NCBI RefSeq assembly: GCF_006345805.1
Contig: NC_043013.1
Coordinates: 23,684,001-23,748,000, forward strand
DNA length: 64,000 nt
Reading direction: 5' to 3'
Source: Octopus sinensis
Lineage: Eukaryota
Under the pieces are notes generated by a model that was given only the letters and a program-made list of their open reading frames with translations, was not told the origin of the DNA and ran no database searches. This document shows, in pieces, positions 1-54,800 of the stretch (positions are counted from its first letter, which is position 1; every line of letters starts with the position of its first letter). Made by a program: the position numbers and the translations under genes.

Positions 1-478
1 CCTGGAGCGTAGGCGAGAAAGATATGCCATAATATATATCTGGAAGATCCTGGAAGGACTTGTCCCAGACTTTGGCATCGAGAATCACACAAATGCCAGA
101 ACCGGACGCCACTGCGTGGTACCAAGGACTCCAAATTTGCCATCAAGATGTAGGACAAGATATACTGATAGCCTGGGCTTCAGAGGCCCACAGCTCTTCA
201 ATATCCTCCCGAAGAACCTGAGGGACCTGCATGGTGTAGACGCGGATGTCTTTAAAGTAGGACTGGATCTCTTCCTGTCAGGTGTCCCGGATGAACCAAC
301 TTCACGGCAGGAGGTGCAGATGAGGGCAGCTGCATCGAACTCTCTCATGCATCAGATGGCGTTTGCTAAAAAGCATCCGTGAGGTAAAATCGTGTAGCAA
401 ACCAAATGGCGGTGCCCCAGCATGGCCGCAGCTCATTAGCTGAAACTAGAAAAATCAAATCAATCAAAATCAAAATCA

Positions 479-480
<2 letters not shown>
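1..480 (+). mobile_element. 3' end of a CR1/L2-group LINE (RT C-terminus, tail and short repeat end)
   Basis: SLGFRGPQLFNILP...VFKVGLDLFL is a typical RT C-terminal pattern; 1-80 closely matches 26630-26712; tail GTGCCCCAGCATGGCCGCAGC. Confidence 0.8.
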
Positions 481-509
<29 letters not shown>

Positions 510-747
510 ACAGATAGTACACAGCATTGCTAGAAATAAGAGTCCAAACGACCCAAGAACCACATTAAATCACTTCTACACACTGGGGGATTCGAGGAAA
601 CGAGTATATAAAATGCCAACTTTCGACTCTTATTTGTAGCAACGCTGTGCGCTCTCGCGTACCCTGACTATGAATTAATAATTTTACCTTTTTGGTGATT
701 TTATGCTTGCTAACCACTTATATTGTTATTTTTCATTAATAATGATA

Positions 748-843
<96 letters not shown>

Positions 844-3084
844 CATATATATACAAATGGCAATTTATTTCTATAGCGATATTGACCAACAGCAGATGAA
901 GTGGCTCCCCGTGTTCCTGTTTTATACATTGTTAATGACATGTTACTTGGAGCTTGTACTGTTAGCAAGTCCACACACGTGTGTACACACGAGCCTTCGA
1001 ATACGCGCGCTCGCTCGCTCGCCATACACGCACACACGAGTGCGCACGTGCAAACACACACACACACGCACACGCACGCATGTACACTCGTATATATTTG
1101 TGCACACACAAACTGGTACGTGCAAACACCAATCATGCATAAACACACGTTTGGGTATATGCATCCAAACGTATATACACAATCAAAGATGTATTTGTAT
1201 ATGTGTGCGTGTGCGCGCGGGTGTGTGTATGTATGTATGTGTGTGTATATGTATGTATTTATGCATGCACGTGTGTATGTTCTGTGTGATTATGCATAAA
1301 ACTTACATCTCATAAGAAGAATGATTGTGGCAAATGTAGAATGTGCGTTGCATGGAATTCAACAGAGTCTCAATACCATCGTGAAAAGCAAAGACTTGGA
1401 CAGGCAGTGCGTCTTCATGGCTGGTAAGTGGACAGTGGACGTAATACATCGCCTCAAAGGTATTTTTGCCTTTCATCCTTTCGGGGTCGATAAATTAAGT
1501 ACCAGTTACGCACTGGGGTCGATGTAATCGACTTAATACCTATGTCTCTCCTTGTTTGTCCCCTCTATGTTTAGCCTCTTGTGGGTAATAAAGAAATGGG
1601 TATTTTGGCGGGTGTTCGAGGATTTAATAAAACATTCGACTGAATGTTGCGCGGCAATCTTTTCGGCATTCTTTGATAGTTTAGAAGGCATAAGATTGTT
1701 TGATAAACTTAGAAGATATAAGATTGTTTGAAAATCTTTACATTAGAGTTCATCGTAGCATCTCTGAAATGGAGAGATACTCCACTTCATCGCACCTGTC
1801 AGAGTACAGTTGGGATATGTCCTCTCACCAGCGTTATTTAATCTCTGCAAGGAACACTTCATATGTGAATAGATCGGATCTCACGCTGAAGGAGTGCACT
1901 GTACAAAGGACAATGACGTTGATAACTCGGCAAAAGTTATTCCGACGACATGAAAACGATATTCCGGCGATTACAGCAAATGCTGGCTGAGGAAACAAAG
2001 TTGATAATTAACTATAGGTGACATGACGGTCACCTTTCAGGGAAAATGCTTTAAAAAATTTCAATTCACCATCATAAATCATAAACACTTGAGTGCCAGG
2101 GAAATTCGTTATGCATACTGCTCCACTCTGCTTAAAATTCAACTTCACTCACACTTGAATCACAATCACTCTCCGCTTCATCAAAATCCATCCTGGTGGC
2201 CACGTCTCTCACGTATAACTACAGCACATAGACGAGCCGGACGCCTTAACGCAGGCGACCTAGAGATATCCTGTTGCGTCTTTTTAGCTTTCCATAACAG
2301 GACATGGCGACAAATGAGCAGAAGAAATGCAAAGGAGGCCTTTTTCCTCTAACTGATAAAGTCCTGTAGTATGACGTGGCAGTCTCATAGATGCTGTAAT
2401 CATGAAATGTCCAGCGCAAACAAGGATAGAATGTGGAGAACAGAATGTAGCACTGCAAAATAGATTGGTCTTTTAATTGAATTGAAGCTCGCTAGACTAC
2501 GCAGAAGCCAAATCCAACAGTGTTTACCATTGCTAAACCGTAAAAGCGTATTGACGAGACTTGGTTCAGCAACGACTCTAAACAACTGGAATTTGGTACA
2601 TCATAATATAAGCATGAGGTGGCCGAGATACCAAGTGGCTTAAATACTCGGGTAACAATTCTTTGTTATTGTAACTTAGCACACAATTCCAAGTAAATAC
2701 CAATGCGACATTGGCTACAACTTTCAAAGATATAAAGTGTGTTCTATGAGAGATTTGCAAACATACGTGGAATATGTGAACTGGTATTAGAGAGCTGGAG
2801 CAGAAATTTCAAATAGGAACGTATATCAATGCTTTATTATATGTCAATGTTTGCGGTATTTCTTGTGCAAATGAATCTCCTTTGTACAGAAACGTAACCT
2901 TAGGATTTAATACAAATAAAGTTACACAGCCTTTTGTATGATTGTTTGTATTGCTGTGGCTGTGATACCTTCGCCGGTCCAGGATGTCTTCCGACTTTTC
3001 CTTTGCCGCCTTTCTTTCACTCTCATTATAAACACATTGTCACACCAACTTATGCTTGCGCGCACGCAACAAACAAACACACAC

Positions 3085-3692
3085 ATTACACATACATAGA
3101 TGCTTACATGCACACACACACACACACATACGCACAGATACATACATACATACGCACATACATACACTCACACATACTTAAACACACACATACACACACA
3201 TACATACATACATACATACATACATACATACATACATACATACATACATACATACGTACGTACGTACATACACACATACATACATACACACACATACATA
3301 CATACATACATACATACCTACATACACACACATACATACATACATACATACATACATACATACATACATACGTACGTACGTACATACGCACAGGCATACA
3401 TACACACACATACATACATACATACATACATACACACATACACACACATACATACACACACACATACATACATACATACATACATACATACAAACATACA
3501 TACATACATACACACACATACATACACACACACATACATACATACATACATACATACATACATACATACAAACATACATACATACATACATACATACATA
3601 CATACATACATACATACATACATGCAACGAATTAGAGACCTGCAGGAAGTACGGAAAAAGAGAATGGAAAAAGAGAAAATTATTTTCAGATT

Positions 3693-3732
<40 letters not shown>

Positions 3733-3779
3733 TGTGTGTGTGTGGTGTGTGTGTGTGTGTGCGTGCGTGCATGCGTGTG

Positions 3780-3855
<76 letters not shown>

Positions 3856-3857
3856 TG
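3085..3857. repeat. Compound microsatellite (TACA/CA)n-(GA)n-(TG)n-(CGTG)n, representative of dozens of such tracts in the window
   Basis: Direct reading; explains the HT/YI/CV/MYV low-complexity ORFs. Confidence 0.97.
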
Positions 3858-4009
3858 AATGTGTGAGCGAGTGAATATGTGCAAAGATAGTGAACGGTAA
3901 TAATTAGAGATAATAAGTTGTTTTCGTGTTGGAAAGAATTCTAATGCAAATATTACTAAATCAGTGAAACGGGGAGAGGTTCCCGCCAACGCAGCCAGAA
4001 GATAACAGT

Positions 4010-4025
4010 CACGTGTCAGTATAAA
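4010..4025 (+). promoter_or_regulatory. Candidate promoter elements of gene A (E-box CACGTG 4010-4015, TATAAA 4020-4025)
   Basis: Motifs lie about 260 bp upstream of the ATG; an alternative TATAAA is near 4199; positional inference only. Confidence 0.25.
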
Positions 4026-4276
4026 TTGTTGCGGATTGGCCAAAAGATGCGAGCATGACTGAGGTGAACGAGTTTTAATTACGAAGACGGAGACAGTTTC
4101 ATATTATCAGTTCTATTAATTACGGGCTTCATTATTAATACTTATAAGGAGATGAAACTACGTACCTCGCCTTGTATAATTACGTTATATATATATATAT
4201 ATAAATGGGTAATGATACCTAATCATGTTTTATATAATAATTGTTAGCGAGAAGCTCGCTTCACAATTTCTTCACC

Positions 4277-45934
<41,658 letters not shown>

Positions 45935-46136
45935 AGAAGATATTTACAAGCTGTACGCCAAGTGATTCCAGCCACCCTCAAAACTCCTATAGCTTTTACT
46001 GTTGATAATTTCATATTCAATTTGAAGTAAATGAATAACGCAGTGAAAATATTGTTGACAATCTTTTAATCGAAATAAATTTAATAAAATTTCAATATAT
46101 ATAAATTCGTGCAAATCAAATAACATTTTGTGAGAA

Positions 46137-46193
<57 letters not shown>

Positions 46194-46196
<3 letters not shown>

Positions 46197-46586
46197 TAGT
46201 TTTATTTTTATAGCGTGCTTTCATTTCACTACCGAGCGCAGCTCTGTGTGCCTTGGGTATGTGCTGTGATTTGTTGTGATGCTCTGATGGTTATTGTATG
46301 GAAAGTGTTCTGCGTAGGATGTGTGCAGTGCCTAGTAGTGCAATTTTCTGTATGTTATATGTGTTTGTAAGTCCTGTGTTTGTAAGTCCTGGTGTTTTTG
46401 TTATGTATTTGTCTGAATATTTTTTTATCATGCCTAATGCACCTACTATGATAGGAATTGTTTCTGTTTTCAGATTCCACATTCTAGTTACCTCTATTTC
46501 CAGGTCTTTGTATTTTGAGAGTTTCTCCATTTCTTTTAGAGACACGTTGTCATCAGCCGGTATTGATACATCAATTAGAAAGCATT

Positions 46587-46590
<4 letters not shown>
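46194..46590 (-). mobile_element. R4/Dong-like element 3' end, copy 2, embedded in (TAA)n
   Basis: CFLIDVSIPADDNVSLKEMEKLSKYKDLEIE restriction-like endonuclease motif; nearly identical to 24251-24540. Confidence 0.85.
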
Positions 46591-46655
<65 letters not shown>

Positions 46656-47692
46656 GTCTTGTTTTTATTGATGTACACACATTGCTCTTCTGATATCTGA
46701 CAATGAAATATTTGGGATTTCATAATTACGAGTGATCCCATTTACTCTTATGTAGTTATCTGAATGTAAGAAAGAATATTCGTTTGCGTGGGTGCAAAAA
46801 TATTCGTCTGTAATGTTGAAAGTTTTATTTTCTAAATATTCTCACTGATATGAAGAAGTATTAGTCGCTGTTCTTTATTCAGTTTTGCTCAAAGCTTCAC
46901 CACTGGATCTGCCCTAGTGTATAAGCTCTATAAGTTTCCTTTTCCTAAATAATCGAATTTTACAGTTTATAGGATTCATGCAGAACAGCGAGAATCCAAG
47001 CAATCACGTATCGATTCATTCTTAATACGTTCTGGTAGGTCTGAACACGAACATTGGATCGTTATTATTTTCCATCATAGGAGAATATCTCTTTCCTTTA
47101 GACGTTGTGGGATTATAACACGCTACTCACCGGTGCAAGTGAACTTTGAGCTTTCAGTCAAAGCTATCCCCACCGGATCGATCAATCTAACAAAGGTACA
47201 GGCTCTTGTCTATAGAAATTAGTAGTCAAATTAGTTACTGGTGTGAGCTGAGGTCTGCCAAACAGATGAAAAACAGTGAGACTCTAGACAATATTGTATC
47301 TATTCATTCTCAATATGGTGGAAACGGTTCGTTGTCTTGTAGCTTTAGTAGCAGTGGTGATGGTGGTGGCAAATTGTCTTCAATTTCTTCCCGCTGTAGT
47401 TATCTCCCTTCAACTAAAGCATTATCGTCCATCACTAATTTGCTTAAAAGCAATTCCTTGACCATAAAAGGTCAAGGAATTTACGTTATCTCCCACCTGA
47501 GAAGGAAATCACTTTTCATACATAAATGGATAAAAATGGAATTTCACTGATATTATATGAAGTGCCGTCTAATCTTTTACAACGGCTACAATGTTTAGTC
47601 CTGGGGTCGATTTCTTCGATTAAAACCCTTTAAAGCAGTGCTCCAGCATGGCCGCAGCCAAATGACTGAGACAAATAAAAGACTAAAAGAAT

Positions 47693-47755
<63 letters not shown>

Positions 47756-47829
47756 ATACCGGAGTAAACACATAAATGTGAAACAAGGTGGAAAAAAGAG
47801 TACTCAAATACCAGTGGTAGAGTAATATG

Positions 47830-48001
47830 CTTTATTTAAAGCAGCAGAAAATTCAACAAAACCTGTTACTCTGAATTCCCCGTTGCCGTTCATCGGACAG
47901 TTTTTGCTAGAATCTAGCAAAAACTGTCCGATGAACGGCAACGGGAAACTCAGAGTAACAGGTTTTAGGTTTTGTTGAATTTTCTGCTGCTTTAAATAAA
48001 G
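47830..48001. repeat. Near-perfect palindrome (arms about 80 bp, 3-nt loop AAT at 47911-47913)
   Basis: 47830-47910 is the reverse complement of 47914-48001 apart from a few substitutions and a 7-nt insertion. Confidence 0.95.
47924..47961 (+). ncRNA. Minimal hammerhead-like motif, family HH-C, in one arm of a palindrome
   Basis: CUGU-CCGAUGA-ACG GCAA CGG-GAAA-CUC A GAG-UA-ACAG. Confidence 0.55.
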
Positions 48002-48685
48002 TATATATATATATATATATAAAGAGAAAAAGAGAGAGAAAGAGAAGAGAAATGTATGTGTGATGTGTGTGTGATGTGTATGTGATGTATGTGTGATGTG
48101 TGTGCGTGTGTGTGCGGTGTGTGTGTGTGTGTGTGTGTGTCTGTGCGTGTGTGTGTGTGTATGTGTTTGTGTGGGTGTGTATAATGCGTGTGTTTGTGTG
48201 TGCGTCAATTCGTTTTGTTACAGGGAGTTGATATAAAAAAGAAACCTTCAAACGTTCGCATACCCTTTTGTGCCGAAATTCTGAAAAAAAAAGATAAAAA
48301 AAGGAAAGAAAGTGATGTGATCTGATCAAAAGGTATTTTCAAGGAATATTCAATCATATTTTGAATAAAACATTAACGAAGTCAAAGTTTTTCAATGTGT
48401 TTTGTGTAAAGTATTTAGAAAGTATTTCGTTTTCTATATCGATAATATTTCTATTTCTCTTCATCTTTCTTGCAAATTTATAACCTAGTTCGTGATGTCT
48501 TTTCCTCACTGCATAAGTAATTTGGTTAGCCACTGCTCCGAACGAATCGGAGAACGCTAAAGGAATAAAACAGTAAACTCATTTCTCTCTCCCATCGTAT
48601 GTGAAAACGTACATTGACCGTTCGATTAATTATATGGCTTTAGAAATCTTAATAACAGCAGCCCAAATGTATACTATTTATTGTA

Positions 48686-49931
48686 TTGGGTTGGCAACTA
48701 TGTTCCCGCCTTTGTTTTAAATTTTGGTATTGATTGCGTTTTGAAATTTGGGAATCTATTTTTTTCGAGAATTCTATTTTTGAATCATTTTGGAATCTAT
48801 TTTGTTTTTGCTAGTAAATTTTAGTTAATTTTTGTTAATTTTCAAATCATTAAAATGGAATGTCAAGTTAAGAAAAACGAGCATTTTCGACACCTCCTTT
48901 TTGCTTTTAATCAAGGTTCTAAGGCCGCAAAAGCTGCTCGCGACATTTGGGCTGTGTGTGGAGAGGATGCCATAGCTGAAAGAACCGCTTTTGATTGGTA
49001 GACCAAGTTCAAAAAGGGAAATTTTGACCTCAAAGACGCACATCGTTCTGGCCGTCCAGTTGAGATCGATGAAGAGCGATTAAACCAACTTTTGCACAAA
49101 AATTCTCGAGAAATGACAAGGGAACTGGCAGAGAAAATGGAATGCTCCCACACTGCTACAGAGAAGCATCTTCACTCAATGGGAAAGGCTCAGAAGTATG
49201 GAACATGGGTTCCGTATGCTTTAAGTGACAACAAAAGTCAACGAGCCACAATCTCCGCTGGTTTGCTTGCTCGTCACCGCTCAACTCATGGACACAAGCA
49301 ACGATTTCTTTACCGAATTGTTACAGGCAACGAAAAATGGCGCCTGTACATCAATATGAAGCAGCTTAAGGAATGGCTTAGCTCCGGTAAACAAGCGACA
49401 CTGCACATGAAACAAGATCTTCATCCGCGTAAAACGATGTTGTGCGTATGGTGGGACTGGGAAGGGATTATCCATTACGAATTGCTTGAACGGAACCAAA
49501 CGGTCAACGCGGAATTCTATGTTCAACAGATGGAACGACTCAACACTGCTATTCAAGAGAAAAGATCTAATCAGCAGCATGGAGTTCTTCTGCTGCACGA
49601 CAACGCCCGCCCTCATATCGCCAATATGACCAAGGAAACCATTCAAACGCATGGCTGGGAAGTGTTGCCACACCCGCCGTAATCTCCTGATTTGGCACCA
49701 ACGGATTTCCACCTCTTTCGATCTCTTTCAAATGCTATGCGCGGAGTTTCACTCAATACTTATGCAGAATTGAGAGCTTGGTTGGATCAATTTTTCGAGT
49801 GGAAATCGGGAGATTTCTACCAACGAAGTATTGAAAATCTTGTTGAACATTGGGAAGAAGTTGTAAACAACAAGGGTGAATACCTTATTGATTAATTAGT
49901 TGTTATTTTTCATTAAACCTTTTAAAAACTT
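48686..49931 (+). mobile_element. mariner (DD34D) transposon copy 1: degenerate transposase 48855-49895, left TIR present, right TIR missing
   Basis: TA plus TTGGGTTGGCAACT TIR; WVPY, TGNEKW (D to N), HDNARPH and *SPDLAPTDF motifs; in-frame stops. Confidence 0.93.
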
Positions 49932-50236
49932 CCCGGAATATATGCATTCTTTACTTCTGTAGTTCATACAAGGTAAGCCTATTTCTGTCATATTTGTTGC
50001 ATTCGCCGTGTGTATTTTAATTGTGAGTAATTTGTGGTTTTAGAGCGATAGCTCTGTTTATAGCAAGTCGTATTTTAATATCCTACGGAATTTTCAAAAC
50101 TAAACTTTCTAGTAACAATAGTTTCTGAGATAATAGAATGAATACCCAAGCAAAACGTTTTAACACAGGAACCCAATTATTGGTATTTGAATGTGTTCAT
50201 AGCAGTGCAAGGTAAACACGCATACAGTATACTTAC

Positions 50237-50388
50237 AACACATTTTCCTCGTAGACAGCGCCATTGGGAATTTATGCTACAAGGAGTTCCGTCGGGCATT
50301 AAAGCAATATGCCCGGAAGCCCCTTCGTTAGACTGACTGGTAAGATCACATTCGACTTCGCATAAACCTTCTTTGCCGATCGCTTTAT
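50237..50388 (-). CDS. Gene B exon: cysteine-rich C-half (LCEVEC...MPDGTPC...WRCLRGKCV)
   Basis: aaacag| and |gtaagt; homolog of gene A exon 20. Confidence 0.92.
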
Positions 50389-51650
50389 CTGTTTGATTGA
50401 AAAGATTTTAAAATAAACAAAAACGAAAATCAAATTCTGTTAACAGTTGCTCTTGTTTCTGAGAGCAGATTTATGTGGGAATGTTTAAGGATTGTGTAAA
50501 ATGTTCTCTGACTCAATACAAGATTGAAACAACTGACTAGGGGTCTTCAGTGCTAAAAAGAAGTAATTGGTACACAAATAATCAATAGTGCCCAGAAGTT
50601 TCAGAAATCTTCATTAGAATGGACTAATGTATAACGAGGAGCCAGGAAAAGAGAATCTATTGGTCCAGCAGTCCCATGATTTGTGTGTAACGAATGCGAA
50701 CTGTGCCTCTCCAGGGTTACCCTAAAAAATCACCGACGCTAACACGCTGAAAGGCCTCGAATTGAATACACCGAATTTCCAGCAGAAAATATGTGATCCA
50801 AATGGTCGGGAATTTTCCAGCTGAGCTAGACTCACAGAGTAAACGAAAGTTCTTGATCAAGGTGCTTTACGGAACAAGCATCTGGTTGCAACACAGGAAT
50901 ATGAATGCTGCTTAAGGAAGCAACAAATCTAAGTCAGTTACCGGCTTTAAAAGCTATTGTAGGCTCTATGCTCATTAGAGGAAAAACATTAAAAGATTGT
51001 TTATCGGTGATGGTCATGGCAGATCAACATTTCGACAGCTAGCATGATAGTAGTCTCCTCTCATAATCCGAGAAAGATGATTCTGCAACTCTTTGCCGAA
51101 CAAATATTTTATTTATTGTGATCGAATGTGTGGGCTGTACATTAGCTCACTCCCTCCATCAAATCAAATTTACCTGAACAGGTCCACGGTGTACCACACG
51201 CCAGGTGTCGCAGAATAACATGAGATAAAATGTTTTGCTCAAGAACATAACTCATCCCTCGGTCCAAGAATTTAAACCACGATCTCGCACGCGATCGTGA
51301 ATGCAATATTTTAAACGCGAGGTCATGTGTCCTCACGTTTGTCAGGATTGGCATGTCAAAGAATTGAACCTACGTTTCCTCTGATGTCATAAAAGGCGAT
51401 TAAAAGAAGTTCACGTGAGATTTGCACTCGGACCTCGTAAAACCCTTGCCGGCAACGATTACCCAAATAGACCCGTGGTTGTCGTTTGAGTGGTGTTAAG
51501 GTGACATCCACCAGGAGTAGGGAATCTCCAACAAATGGTGGTTGCACCGACACGCTGTTACAACGCATACCTCTTTGCTACTATTGTTGCTAAAACAGAG
51601 CAACGAAACCAGAGCGTTTTCATTTCCCCTTCATACTTTGACTGAAGTAG

Positions 51651-51681
<31 letters not shown>

Positions 51682-51803
51682 CGGGGGTCTTCTTGAAATA
51701 TAACGATTATCAAATGGGTTTAAGGTAAAAGATTTAACGTTTTTTCTCTCACTTATATTTAATCCTTCCCAAAATGTTTTGCCAGGGTTTTTCTAAATAA
51801 CTG

Positions 51804-51840
<37 letters not shown>

Positions 51841-54800
51841 TATTATTATTGAGCAAGAGAGCAGTGCATGCCATCAAAGTGACACTGGGGTAAAATATAC
51901 AAAGCCCAGTATACCCATCATGACTACCCGTCTGATAAGGGTACACCAGGCACATGTATCACAACTATATATGCACAACAGGGTGATCTCATATCAAGAT
52001 AAACAGCACATGACCTTGCAGGTGGGGCCCTGTTAGAATTTTCTTCTGGTCGAGTAACCCATCCCGCTCAAAAGGTCCCTGAATAAGGATTATCATTATT
52101 ATTATTATTATTATTGAAAGAAATGAATTTGTTTCGGCAACTTACCGTCCTCATCTATTTCGTAATGGTCCCAGTCTGCCTTTGTGGTCATTAGTTTTTC
52201 CTTACTTGTCACTGTGGATAGATCACACTTCAATTGTTGTGGTTTGTATTCAAACGACCTACAAGATCGCTTTTTAAGACACTCTCTGGCACAGTCTTCG
52301 ACAGTTGCGTTGAACATCCGGCCCAAGTCGTCATATCCGTAGATGGAGTGTTTAGGACTGTATTTGAATAGATCGCTGACTAAAATATCACAAAGATGAA
52401 TGGAAAGGAGAAATCGTCGAAGGTATTTCAGAGATTTCAATTTAGGAAAGAAACAACATAATCACTGTTAATCTCGGACTTTTACGTCATTTCCTAACAG
52501 GATGGTACTGTCACGTTCTTTTCTAAAATGGTAACACTGTCATGTACTAATATTACTCTCCTCCTCTCTTTCCCCTTCTCTCCCCTTTGATGCCCACTTT
52601 CTCTCTCTTGAAAGAAAAATGAGTGGCCAAAACCTTAGATTGTTTTTCACTCCTCACAACAAATCAACTTATAAATCTCCTTAATTTAAGTTCATCTCGA
52701 AATAACTGTTGACATGTTACGGTCAATCGTTCTTTGTTTCTTGTTTATATATCTATACTGAGACTTTATAATATGCTGCTGTGATGGTATTACGGAGCCA
52801 TTTGTTCGCATTGACATATTCAGTGTAATACTGGAGACAGCTCTTATATTAATTTACAATATAACATCATAATTGAACAGTAATATAAAAATGACACAGT
52901 TTGTAATGTTATCAAACTTAAATGCAGCTAGGTACCTTCTAGATTTCTAAATTTATGTGAATGGCTGTAAATATGGAAATCTGTATCAATAAAAATATAA
53001 ATACTTTATTTATACAAATGTTTATTGGATTATATACAAATGTTTGTTGGGATATTTACAAAACAGCTACATTCACTGTTGCTTTTATTATTTCATGCTA
53101 AATTTAATTTCTTTAGATATTTGCAATTTCACCCGAAATATACAAAATGGTTAAAAGAAGAAATTCCAGTAATATTGGGTTGGCAACTAAGTTCCCGAAG
53201 TTTTCTTAAATTTTGGAATTTATTGCGTTTTTAAATTTGGGAATCTATTTTTTTCGAGAATTCTATTTTTGAATCATTTTGGAATCTATTTTGTTGCTTT
53301 TTTTCTAGTTAATTTTAGTTATTTTTTGTTTATTTTTAGATCATTAAAATGGAATGTCAAGTTAAGAAAAACGAGCATTTCCGACACCTCCTACTTTTTG
53401 CTTTTAATCAAGGTTCTAAGGCCCCAAAAGCTGCTCGCAAAATTGTAATGTGTATGGAGATGGTGCCATAGCTAAAAGGACCAATCGCGATCGGTATGCC
53501 AAGTTCAAAAAGGGAAATTTTGACCTCAAAGACGCACCTCGTTCTGGCAGGGAAAATGAAATGCTCCCACACTGCTATAGAGAAGCATATTCACTTGATG
53601 GGAAAGGTTCAGAAGTATGGTGCATGGGTTCTGCATACTTTAAGTGACAACAGCAAAAGTCAACGAGCCACAATCACCGCTGGTTTGCTTGCTCGTCACC
53701 GCTCAACTCATGGACACAAGCAACGATTTCTTTGCTGAATCATTTCTGGCGACGAAAAATGGTACCTGTACATCAATATGAAGCAGCTTAAGGAATGGCT
53801 TAGCTCCGGTAAACAAGCGACACTGCACATGAAACAAGATCTTCATCCGCGTAAAACGATGTTGTGCGTATGGTGGGACTGGGAAGGGATTATCCATTAC
53901 GAATTGCTTGAACGGAACCGAACGGTCAACGCGGAACTCTGTGTTCAACAGATGAAACGACTCAACACTGCTATTCAAGAGAAAAGACCTAATCAGCAGC
54001 ATGGAGTTCTGCTGCACGACAACGCCCGCCCTTATATCACCAATATGACCAAGGAAACCATTCAAATGCATGGCTGAGAAGTGTTGCCACACCCACTGTT
54101 CTCTCCTGATTTGGCACCAACGGATTTTCACCTCATTCGTTCTCTTTCAAATGCTATGCGCGGAGTTTCACTCAATACTTATGCAGAATTGAGAGCTTGG
54201 TTGGATCAATTTTTCGAGTCGAAATCGGGAGATTTCTACCAACGAGGTATTGAAAATCTTGTTGAACGTTGGAAAGAAGTTGTAAACAACAAGGGTGAAT
54301 ACCTTATTGGTTAATTAGTTGTTATTTTTTATTAAACCTTTTAAAAACTTTGAATTTAAAAAAACGTCGGGTACTTAGTTGCCAACCCAATAGTTTAACT
54401 CTTTTGCATTTAAACCAGCCATCTCAAGCCCAAATATTCTTTCTACGTTTTATGTTAAAATCAGCTAGATCTGACTTCTTACACCTACCTTACAATGTCA
54501 GTCTAAAACTAAATAATCACATCATAGAAATCTTGAAGGATAATACTTGATTAATTCAAATCAATGTGGATTGATATGCATTGCATTTGGTGACGTAATC
54601 TCAATACTAAAGGGTCAACACAGAACTCACCTGGTGAGGGCAGTACATACAAATCCCAGTACTCTTGCACATTCAGCATTTTATTTGACGTTGTTTTGGT
54701 TGAAAGATCACATTTTCGATGTTCTCTTTTATATTCAAAAGAATGACAATCATTATTTCTTAGACAAAGAGACGCGCACTCCGAGGGACTTACGTTGTAA

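Noticed and set aside
726-3858. Long ORFs rich in HT, YI, CV and MYV (also 16901-17620, 24348-24964 poly-I/L/N, 56095-56347 and others)
   Set aside because: They are translations of (CA), (TA), (TACA) and (TAA) microsatellites, with no protein signal.
46974-47034. Candidate gene A exon DSCRTARIQAITYRFILNTF
   Set aside because: Its continuation would need a 46-nt intron and there is no homology support; 45905 fits better.
49963-49972. 10-nt plus-strand microexon candidate (ctgtag|TTCATACAAG|gtaagc)
   Set aside because: Good splice signals, but no homology or partner exon; probably chance.
50083-50124. Candidate gene B terminal exon KLLLLESLVLKIP* (alternative acceptor near 48561)
   Set aside because: Phase-compatible, but there is no similarity to gene A or ADAMTS and the alternatives cannot be ranked without transcripts.
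50255-50340. Apparent plus-strand exon (ag|ACAGCGCC...CTG|gtaaga) as a gene A terminal exon
   Set aside because: It is the antisense of the well-supported gene B Cys-rich exon 50237-50388.
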